This document shows, piece by piece, positions 53,900 to 64,000 of a stretch of 64,000 nt of DNA. Positions within the stretch are counted from its first letter, which is position 1. Each line of letters begins with the position of its first letter. The notes beneath the pieces are model-generated. The model made no database searches, was not told the DNA's origin, and saw only the letters and a program-made list of their open reading frames with translations. The position numbers were made by a program, and so were the translations under genes. Origin of the DNA: Octopus sinensis. Taxonomy: Eukaryota. The stretch is taken from positions 167,958,001-168,022,000 of the forward strand of contig NC_042998.1 of assembly GCF_006345805.1 (NCBI RefSeq). Direction: 5' to 3'.

Positions 53900-54400
53900 G
53901 CACACCCGGTGTTTAGATTTAGAATTATGGTTAGGGTTAGGGTTAGTGTTAGGGTTTATTAAAAGTAGTAGTGTTGATAGTGGGAGTGGGTGTAATAATA
54001 AGAGAGAGAAAGATTGGGTATGTGAGAGAAAGAGGGACTGAACACTGGACCAGCATGCTGAACTAACATACTGAACACTGATGGTAATGAGGTTATTGTA
54101 ATAGTATGAGCTGTAGTTGTGATAGAGATGGAAGCAGCGGTGATGATGGTGGTGTTGGTTGTGGGAGCATAGGCGGTCAGGGTTGACTGTGAGAGTAAGC
54201 GATGTGAAAGACAAAGATGATGGTAATCGAGGGGAAGGCAGCGAAGTCAAATGTATTGATGGCTTGGCGTCAGAAGTCTGAATAGTGTATATGGTAGGTG
54301 CGGTGGAGATGGTGGTCGTACTGTTGTTTATCATACAGGTTTGCAATAAGTTCCAAGTCGACAAATTATATCATTGTTTTGATGAAAATTGTTCATTGGT
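53900..54400 (-). mobile_element. Possible Penelope-like 3' remnant ending in TTAGGG-like repeats
   Basis: Weak IICRLGT/LQTCMIN similarity to the Penelope GIY-YIG C-terminal ..RLGTL.P.G.N pattern, followed by a C/A-rich tract. Confidence 0.3.
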
Positions 54401-54682
54401 TGGAAAATATTGTTCAAGTTTAATAAAATTTGACGTGTAGTCAATGCATGAACTGTCTTTGTTGGGTCCAAAGCTTAAGGAAGAGCCCTCGGCAAGAACT
54501 AACCCAAAAGCCGCCCTATTGGGCGACTTTTAAGCTAGTGTGTGCGTATATATATAAAGAGAGCAAGAGGAAGCTAGAAAATGAACTTCCTTAAATAATT
54601 TGCCGCCTTGGCAAGAAGCATGTTGAATCTTTTGGAAAGAATGATTATACTTTCTTATCCTCCCTCCCTCTCTCTCTTCTCT

Positions 54683-54777
<95 letters not shown>

Positions 54778-54794
54778 ATTATATATATATATAT

Positions 54795-54826
<32 letters not shown>

Positions 54827-55008
54827 ATGTATATATATATAATCAATACGGAGCAAATAATTCACGAAAAAATAATTTGCGAAGATATCATTAACTCTGT
54901 TATTATCTACTGTAACAATTTAGGAATGATAATAACAGAATTAATAATATAAGCGATTGCAGGCGCAGAAAAAGCATTATGCAGCTGAAAGATTAAAATG
55001 AGTCAAAA

Positions 55009-55281
55009 GACATAGTTAGTATGTCTAACTGCTGGAAATAACACTCAAAACTCTTATGTAAATCGCCAAAATACACTGATGATAATTACAGAAATCAACC
55101 GTCCGAAGACAAACGGGCTAAGACAATCTCCTAACGTACATTAAGTATTTGGACTCACTTGGACCGATTTCTACACTGGCAAAATGGACAGTTGATTTCT
55201 GTGGTTATCATCAGTGTATTTTAGGGATTTAAATAAGAGTTTTGACTGTTATTTCCAGCAGGTAGACATATTAACTATGTC
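55009..55281. mobile_element. Fold-back/MITE-like element with ~97-bp inverted arms
   Basis: GACATAGTTAGTATGTCTAACTGCTGGAAATAAC...CCGTCC mirrored by GGACAG...CCAGCAGGTAGACATATTAACTATGTC. Confidence 0.85.
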
Positions 55282-55315
55282 CTTTAATTATTTTTAATCC
55301 TTCAGTTATATATAT

Positions 55316-55363
<48 letters not shown>

Positions 55364-55411
55364 TTTTTACTACGCGTAGAGAAAAATGAGTAATTGACTA
55401 TAAATTATTCC

Positions 55412-55700
55412 TAAAAATACAGTGTACATTAAAACACATTAAGAGGCTTCCATCATAGGCATCCTTTACGCTAGAAAGAACAGTTAAAGTCCAAACCACT
55501 AATCAGGGATAAAGTCTCGAAGGGAATGAAAAATAAAAGCATTTACCATCAAATTCCTGGACCATGGTTTCTGACTTATTTTAGTAAAATTTATCGAGAA
55601 TTTATCTCTAATTAGTGGTTTGAACTTTAACTGTTCTTTCTAGCGTAAAGGATTCCTATGATGGAGCCTCTTAATGTGTTTTAATGTACACTGTATTTTA
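55412..55700. mobile_element. Fold-back/MITE-like element with ~90-bp arms, right arm abutting the gap
   Basis: AAAATACAGTGTACATTAAAACACATTAAGAGGC...CCACTAAT mirrored at 55611-55700. Confidence 0.85.
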
Positions 55701-55800
55701 NNNNNNNNNNNNNNNNNNNNNNNNNNNNNNNNNNNNNNNNNNNNNNNNNNNNNNNNNNNNNNNNNNNNNNNNNNNNNNNNNNNNNNNNNNNNNNNNNNNN
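55701..55800. other. Assembly gap (100 N)
   Basis: Run of n. Confidence 1.
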
Positions 55801-55826
55801 TACAGATATATTATATATATATATAT

Positions 55827-55860
<34 letters not shown>

Positions 55861-55871
55861 AGAGAGAGAGA

Positions 55872-55951
<80 letters not shown>

Positions 55952-56210
55952 AAAATTCTATAATTATGAGTATCATTATAATTAGGGTTCAGCAAAAATT
56001 TGCCTCACCGCATACTGAAATTTAGAAATAGCAGTTAAAAACTACTGGACCCTAATTATAATTATACTCATAATTATAGAATTTTTGTATAAGTTTACCC
56101 ATAATGGTTCTTTTAACATACTGAGTTACTTGGTAAAATTATTAATTATTAATTAATTAATCAATTTTACCTTTTATTATTATTGATAATATATATACAT
56201 ATATAAATAC

Positions 56211-56265
<55 letters not shown>

Positions 56266-56270
56266 CATAC

Positions 56271-56309
<39 letters not shown>

Positions 56310-56315
<6 letters not shown>

Positions 56316-56765
56316 CGACGGGCTTCTTTCAGTTTCCGTCTACCAAATCCACTTACAAGGAAGCTATTGTAACTATTGTAGAAGTCAGTTACCCATGGTG
56401 CCACGCAAGTGGACTGAACCCGGACACGTGTGAATGGGAAGTAATCTTCCTACCACACAACCGCGCCTATAATTATTTCATTTGAAAACTTTTACGTGGA
56501 ATATAAGTGAGTATTGTCATTCTTTTACCTCTTATCTTTTACTTCTTCCAGTCATTAAACTGCGGCTATGCTGGAGCACCGCCTTCAAGGCTTTAGTCGA
56601 ACAAATGGAATCTAGTACATTTTTTTAAAGAGTGAAACTTCTATCGGTCTTTTTTTTTTGCCGAGTCGCTAAATTCCAGGGACATAAACAAAGTAACACC
56701 AGTTACCAAGCAGTAGGAGGGAACAAACACAGATATGAAGACACAAAGATATATACACTCTGTCT

Positions 56766-56816
<51 letters not shown>

Positions 56817-56845
56817 ACACACACACGTTAATATTATACTATAGG

Positions 56846-56882
<37 letters not shown>

Positions 56883-57040
56883 GACGAGCATCCACGCAGT
56901 TTACGTGTCCACGAAATTCAGCACAAGGCATTAGACAACCCAGAGTTATAGTACAAGACATGTTCTCAAGGCACCGTGACGAGGGACTGAACCCGACACC
57001 ATGTGGTTGCAAAGTGAGCTTCTCCACAACACATATCAAG
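56310..57040 (-). mobile_element. Fragmented family B SINEs interleaved with microsatellites
   Basis: Head pieces at 56310-56470 and 56880-57040, tail piece at 56520-56750. Confidence 0.75.
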
Positions 57041-57084
57041 GGAAATATTTCATGCACAATACGTCGTGAATCTATACACTGAAA

Positions 57085-57335
57085 TCAGTTTGAGTGTTAC
57101 ATCTCAATTGAAAGAAAGGGGCTTTCTCCGTCCGGGTTGCGGATCCGTGGAATAAGCTGCCGGACAAGATAGTGAAGATGCCGACGACCGCTCGGTTCAA
57201 AGTCTCTCTTGACCAGAAATGGCCTGAACTCTTTGCATGAACACCCTCCCTGTACATAACTCAATGTCCCCCTACATGGCCTTGCTTTTCGCTTTTTGAG
57301 CCAAAAGAGTAACTTAACTAACTTAACTTAACTTA
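57085..57335 (+). mobile_element. CR1/L2-type LINE 3' end with (AACTT)n tail
   Basis: RKGAFSVRVADPWNKLPDKIVKMPTTARFKVSLDQKW (FS.RV..WN.LP..FK..LD pattern), then AACTT repeats. Confidence 0.8.
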
Positions 57336-57682
57336 ACTATATGTGGGAAATTCGTCTGTGGCTGTGTTTGTGGAGTTGTTAGCTAACTCCTACGTCGTTT
57401 TATCGATTTTGATGAAACCTGACACGCGACTAGAACTCATGTTTGGAAAACTCATGGCATACTCAGATTGTTGAAAAAATTGATAATAGTGCCCCTGGAA
57501 GGGATCCTTATATATATCTAATATATTTTATTTTAAAAACCAAGGGAAATAACCCATTCATTTTCCTAAATTATTTGGTAAAAATGAAATTGAGTATGCT
57601 TATTTCTTAGCATTTGAACTGTTAAAGTTATTTCGCAAAATAGTTAAATATGTAAATAGTACATTATTTATAATTTTTTTTT

Positions 57683-57849
57683 ACATTTGACGGATATTTG
57701 TCCTCATCTTGTTTGTTGTTAACACAAGGTTTCGGCTGATATACCCAGGTTTGAAATTTCCCCAAGACACCGGATGAAGGCTGGAGGGTATATCAGGCCA
57801 AACGTTGTGTTAACAACAAACACGATGAGGACAAATATCCGTCAAATGT
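57683..57849. mobile_element. Penelope-like inverted terminal-repeat fold-back with decayed hammerhead (57766-57811 +)
   Basis: ~64-bp arms; GACAC-CGGATGA-A-GGCTG..CAGGC-CAAA-CG-TT-GTGTT. Confidence 0.7.
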
Positions 57850-58694
57850 GAATAATGTAAATAATGTACATAATTCCTCATCTCTTAAATATAGAACCGA
57901 AGTAAATAGTATTTTCTTAAACAATAGATCCGCTTATTTCGGTTAGTGATTTATTCACGAATATACCTACACTAGCGTTCAAAAGCCCTTTTCAGAGTTA
58001 TTTACTTTGAATTGTTATTATCTCATATCTGATTAGCCTGTTATTACGTAATATGCTTCACGATTTTAGTATACATACCTTATTAGTATTTCCTCCTATG
58101 TTCTATATGCTCTGGGAATGCATCGAAGCCCTATTCGGGGCTGCATACCTTGTAGAGAAAGACAGAAACAGAAAAACACGCAGACAGATAGACAGACAAA
58201 GAGAGTGAGACAGACAGATAGACAAGCAGACAGACACCGGCAGTCAGACAGGCAAAGACAGAGACTGATAGACAGATGCAGAGAGACGGAGATGAAGATA
58301 GATAGATAGAAAGATAGATAGATAGACAGATAGATAGACAGACAGATAGATAGAGAGAGACAGACAGACAGACAGGCAGACAGGCAGGCAGAAAAATAAA
58401 TGAATGAAAGAAAGAAAGAAAGAAAGAAAGAAAGACGAATCGATCCCAACACTTAACTTTTACTTTATTGATTCTGGCAGGTTGGCTAGGCAGAGATTTG
58501 AACTTGGTTAGATTTGAACTCAGAGCATACAACTTCGGAACAAACTCTACAATCCAATTTATCTGATGTTCTAACAAACCCTTATCGATGTGCGCGCGCG
58601 CGTGTGCTTCATTACATTTACCCTTGATGGTCATTTGGTTCAAAAGAAGGACTAACATAGACGCTTTTTAAGAAAAGCGTGCAACTATCACTAG

Positions 58695-58894
58695 GCGTAG
58701 GATTGACTGTGTGGTAAGTAGCTTGCTTACCAGCCGGATGGTTCCGGGTTCAGTCCCAGTGCGTGGCATCTTGGGCAAATGTCTTCTACTATAGCCTCGG
58801 ACCAAGCAAAACCTTGTGAGTGGATTTGGTAGACGGAAACTGAAAGAAGCCCGTCGTATATATATATATATATATATAATATATATATGTGTGT

Positions 58895-58935
<41 letters not shown>

Positions 58936-59202
58936 TATGTATGTATGTATGTATTTATGTATGTATGTATGTATGTATGTATGTATGTGTATATGTTTGT
59001 GTGTCTGTGTTTATCCCTCCAACATCGCTTGCTAACCGATGCTGGTGTGTTTACGTCACCGTATTTTAGCGGTTCGGCAAAAGAGAACGATAGAATATGT
59101 ACTAGTCTTACAAAGAATAAGTCCTGGGGTCGATTTGCCCGAGTAAAGGCGGTGATCCAGCATGGCCATAGTCAAATGACTGAAACAGGTAAAAGAATAA
59201 AG
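58695..59202 (+). mobile_element. SINE family B, full length
   Basis: Complete head, AT/GT/ATGT tract, tail. Confidence 0.9.
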
Positions 59203-59362
59203 AGTAATATACATAGTAATGTGCTCTTTTACTCTTCGTGTGTTACTTTTTAACAGCCTCTATTTCTTAAAATTCACTGTCTATGTGTGTTACTATGTAT
59301 GTATTTAGGTGTGTGTGTGTATAGTATATGCATATGTATGTATGTGCATGTGTGTGTGTGTG

Positions 59363-59700
59363 AAGGCGCATGGCTCAGTGGTTAGAGTGTCGAACTTACG
59401 ATCGTGAGGTTGTGAGTTCGAATCCCGGATCGGGCTGCGTGTTGTGTTCTTGAGCAAGACACTTTATTTCATGTTGCTCCAGTTCACTCAGCTGTAGAAA
59501 TGACCTTGCGATATCACAGGTGCCAAGCTGTATCGGCCTTTGCCCATCCCTTGGGATGGGTCTCAAACCAGTTGAATAGAGAACTGGAGGGAGCATGGGC
59601 GACTGCTGGTCTTCCATAAACAACCTTGCCCGGACTTGTGCCTGGGAGGGTAACTTCCTAGGTACAATCCCATGATCAGTCATGACCGAAGGGGGTCTCA
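59363..59700 (+). mobile_element. SINE family D head with tail B
   Basis: GGCGCATGGCTCAGTGGTTAGAG..GAGTTCGAATCCC head, TTGAGCAAGACACTTTATTTC core, tail ending GACCGAAGGGGGTCTC. Confidence 0.88.
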
Positions 59701-60015
59701 GCAGCGGCAGCTCAGCAGTATGTGTGTGTGTCTGCGTGTGTGTACGTGTGTGAGCGTGTGTTTGCCTCTGTGTGCGTGTGTGTGAGGGTGTGTAGGTATA
59801 TGTATGCATGTACTTATGAATGTATGTCTTAGGCTTTATGTTTGATAGCCGGTGTTGGGTTGTTTACATCTGCGAAATAAACGGTTCGGCAAAAGAGACT
59901 TGGGGGAAATAATGTCCAGGCTTGAAAAATTAAGTACTGGGACGATTCGTTCGAAATAACCCTTCAAAGTGGTGCTTCAGCATGACCACAGTTCAGTAAC
60001 TGAAACAATTAAAAG

Positions 60016-60070
<55 letters not shown>

Positions 60071-60079
60071 TGTGTATGT

Positions 60080-60121
<42 letters not shown>

Positions 60122-60497
60122 TCACATTTGTAAAAATGCTTGTGAATACTGCGCAGTAAATTTGTGAGTGCAAGTGTCTATATAAGTATAAATATATAAA
60201 TATGCAATCGTCTCATAAATCGTAACAATTTATTGCGTAGTTGTGAAATTTAGTTTCATTTTATAAGCTTTTATTCTGTTTGGGAATATCTTACTAAAAA
60301 CTGCGCAGTAAATCCGTGGGAGGGAGGAAATAAAGCAGCATTCTTAGAAAAAGCAAAAATAAGTGACGTCATTATACAACAGATAGGAAACATGAACGAA
60401 CTTGTCCAGTTCAAAAGCGTACACTTCCCTTCACATGCATTCACATATCCACGCGCCTAAAAGACTTCTCATATATGTATGTATGCATGTATATATG

Positions 60498-60560
<63 letters not shown>

Positions 60561-60759
60561 AGAGGGAGAGAGGGAGAGAGACACAGATAGAGAGACAGAC
60601 AGACAGAAAGAAAGAAAGAAAGAAAGGTAGATAGATAGATTGATAGAAAGATTGATAGATAGATAGATAGATAGATAAATAGATAAAGGATGAATTGATT
60701 GACTGATTAAGATATAGATATACATACACGCGCGCACACACGCGCGCGCGCGCATATAT

Positions 60760-61195
60760 AGGGAGAATTCACAAAAAGAAAACAAACGACGAAGACAGGT
60801 GGTGTAGACAACAAACAAATGTATTAGTTTAACGCTCGGGAAGTGAAAAAGTCTTTAACGTTTCGAGCCTACGCTCTTCCGCAGAAAGGAACACAGAAAA
60901 AACCAGGAGAGAAAATAAAGAATGTATTGTGGCTAGCGACCTATCATGGCGAATGCTGGACAGAAAGGTCACACAGGTGAGCTAGGGAGAAGGGGAGATA
61001 ATAAAGTAATGTAATAAAGTAGTGGTGATCCCAAACCGAAGATGCGCGTGCGTGTGTATAAGAGACTTTGTATGTGCGTGTGGAAGAGGGCTGGTGATCT
61101 TGACGTGTGCGTGTCTGTATGTGTAGGTGTGAAAATGTGGGTCTTGGAAGTGGTCAGTGCTGATGTGTGCGTGGTGGTGTGTTGTGGTGTGATGC
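60760..61195 (-). mobile_element. Penelope-like terminal-repeat remnant with minimal hammerhead (60853-60888)
   Basis: CTTT-CTGCGGA-A-GAGC(GTAG)GCTC-GAAA-CG-TT-AAAG on the minus strand. Confidence 0.55.
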
Positions 61196-61196
61196 A

Positions 61197-63138
61197 ACTG
61201 GCCCCTATGGTTTCCCGGCTGTCCTCCTAAAGTTATGTAAACAAGAATTAGCAGGACCACTCCGGATACTCTTCCAGAGTTTCCTTGCAAGTGGTAAACT
61301 TCGCAAAAAGCTGAAGGAAGGCATCATATGTCCTATCCATAAAGGTGGAAACAGAGCAGAGGCTGGGAACTACTGGCCCATCTCTCTGACTTCACATATT
61401 AGCAAAGTCATGGAACGAATTATCAGAAGGAGGCTAATTGCGTTCCTAGAAGAAAATTACTTGCTGAATGAGACCCAGCATGGCTTCCGTCCAGGTAGAA
61501 GCTGCCTCACACAACTCTTGCAGCACTATGACTGGGTCCTGAAGCAACTGCTTGATCATTCAAATGTTGATGTGATATATCTCGACTTTCCAAAGGCCTT
61601 TGACAAAGTTGATCATGGCATGATATGTCACAAACTGCGAAACCTTGGCATAGCTGGTAAATTAGGAGAGTGGTTGCATGACTTCCAATGGAAAATTATC
61701 TAGAGAAGCGCAACTATTGAGCGGTGTTCCACAAAGAACTGTCCTGGGGCCACTACTGTTTCATAGTAGCACTTCTGGACATGCCCACGGTCACTCGGAC
61801 AGCCATTGTCACTAGCTACGCTGATGACACAAAACTATCTCATGCAATAAAGAATCCTGATGATGTCATAATCCTGCAGAATGACCTAAATGCAAGTGGG
61901 CAGAGCAAAATAATATGCTGTTCAATGTTAAAAAATTTCAAGTACTGCACAACAAGGCCATAAGTGATCCCCCCCACAACTAGGATACACAGGACCTGGA
62001 GGTACTTCAATCTCAGAACCACAAGCAGTGAGAGACCTGGGCATCAGCATGTGTAGTGGTGCATCATTTTACATGCACATTGTCAAGTTGGCAGCTAAAT
62101 GCAGATAACTGGCAAGGTGGATACTGAGGACATTCAAAACAAGGAATCAAAAAGTCACGTTGACTCTATGGAAGACATTTGTTCTGAGCCACCTAGACTA
62201 TTGCTCTCAGTTGTGGTCACCCGTCACTATACAAAAAAGATCGCCACAGTCTAGCAGATGAACTACAAGGAGCGACTGAAGGCAATAAGTTTCTACTCAC
62301 TGGAGTACAGGCGTGAGAGATATGTAATAATTTACATATTAAAGACTCCGCCGGTTACGACGACGAGGGTCTCAGCTGATACGATCAACGGAACAGCTTG
62401 CTCGTGAAATTAACGTGCAAATGGCTGAGCATTCCACAGACACGTGTACCCTTAACGTAGTTCTCGGGGATAATCAGCGTGACACAGAGAGTGACAAGGC
62501 TGACCCTTTGAAATACAAGTACAACTCATTTTTGCCAGCTGAGTGGACTGGAGCAACGTGAAATAAAGTGTCTTGCTCAAGGACACAACGCGTCGCCGGG
62601 AATCGAACTCACAACCTTACGATCATGAGCCGAATGCCCTAACCACTAAGCCACGCGCCCTCACAATAATTTACATCTAGAAAATACTGGAAGCACTGGT
62701 ACCAAACTTTGGCATCAAATACTATACGAATGCCCGCACATGTCGCCAGTGCATAGTACCAAGGGTGCCATCCACTGTATCTCACATACGAACAAGGTAT
62801 TGCAACAGCCTCGGTTTCAGAGGACGTAAGCTCTTTAATGGCCTGCCAAAACAATTGAGAGACCTGCAAGACATGGATGTAGAGGTCTTCAAAACAAAGC
62901 TCGATACTTTTCTATCCACGATACCAGACGAACCGATGGCTCGAAATGAGACAGAGTTGAGGGCGGCGATGTCAAATTATCTTATACACCAGGTGTGCCC
63001 ACGATTGGACTACATCAGCTGGCGGAGAAGAGCCATGCAAGGAACGTGCAGAGAGCACAGCATAAGGAGGGAAAGCCATGGTGGTGCTCCTGCACGGTCG
63101 CATCCACTTGGCTGAACCGGATAAAACAAATAAAACAA

Positions 63139-63140
<2 letters not shown>
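61197..63140 (+). mobile_element. 5'-truncated CR1-type LINE (RT to 3' end), decayed, interrupted by a SINE
   Basis: PIHKGG..NYWPISLTS, QHGFRPGRSCLTQL, YLDFPKAFDKVDH, SYADDTK, and C-terminal FNGLPKQLR..FKTKLDTFLSTIPDEP. Confidence 0.92.
62338..62664 (-). mobile_element. SINE family D head with tail A inserted in the CR1 element, 12-bp TSD
   Basis: AATAATTTACAT at 62326-62337 and 62665-62676. Confidence 0.93.
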
Positions 63141-63184
<44 letters not shown>

Positions 63185-63382
63185 AAGTGTGAGTGTGCGT
63201 GTCTATATATGTATATATATTATACATTCATGTATGATTATATTTATACACGTACACACACACACACATACACACACACTCTCTCTCTTCTCACGCTCCC
63301 ATTATCTTTATGATTATATATATATATATATACACCCCACACCACCCCCCCCACATACACACACACACCACACTATATATAT

Positions 63383-63430
<48 letters not shown>

Positions 63431-63918
63431 TATATTATATATATATATATGTATATATATATACATACATATATATACGTTATACTCATACACACACTCA
63501 CATACACACACTGACTCACACACACTGGCGCGTACATGGCTGGTATGTGTATGAAGGCATATGTATGTGAGTGTTTATTTTTTGTGAGTGGGTGCCTATG
63601 CAGAACATGACTGGACACGTTTGCAACCCACTTACATACCCTGTAACTTATAACGACATAAAACGTCTAACAATTTCGTCATAGACCAAATTTAGTTGAG
63701 AGCTGCGCAATTGATTTGTAGGATCGACTCAACATTGTAGCCGTTTTTTGAAGAAGCAATAGTTTGCAAACAAATATACACACGCACACACTCAACACAC
63801 ACACACAGACAGACTCACACAGTCTAGCACAGAGAAATGCGTGTGTATGTTGTATGTATGTATGTATGTATGTATGTATGATGTAGTATGTATGTATGTA
63901 TGTATGTGTATATGTGTG

Positions 63919-63963
<45 letters not shown>

Positions 63964-64000
63964 CACATACATAATACATACATACATACATACATACATA

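Noticed and set aside
55077-55100. CTGATGA...GAAA in the fold-back arm
   Set aside because: No plausible stem II, stem III or stem I partner.
57340-57510. CGATTTTGATGAAAC motif reminiscent of DINE-1/Helentron-associated elements
   Set aside because: A single short motif without recognisable termini.

Overview
Eukaryotic, AT-rich, repeat-saturated genomic DNA. It is most consistent with an octopod cephalopod (inference from the SINE/microsatellite landscape and a GC-expanded 18S V4 fragment). I found no supportable host protein-coding gene; nearly all ORF-track entries are translated microsatellites or transposon remnants. Recognisable content: (1) a young 5'-truncated R4/Dong-clade LINE and other R4/Dong 3' ends stacked in (TAA)n tracts; (2) several L1/Tx1-clade remnants; (3) RTE and CR1-type LINE fragments with TSDs or tails; (4) a full-length decayed mariner, two mariner fragments and a Tigger-like MITE; (5) a Helitron-like 3' end; (6) dozens of tRNA-derived SINEs from at least four families, labelled A-D here (my labels); (7) an orphan 18S rRNA fragment; (8) a 1-kb tandem duplication, a ~340-bp inverted duplication and a 100-N gap. 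The most interesting signals are a set of hammerhead-ribozyme motifs in Penelope-like/fold-back elements (one fully canonical, one with a G3-C8 core swap), a SINE 3' tail shared with Tx1-type LINE ends, and a ~535-bp non-coding element confined to (TAA)n tracts. All calls were made by eye, without database searches.
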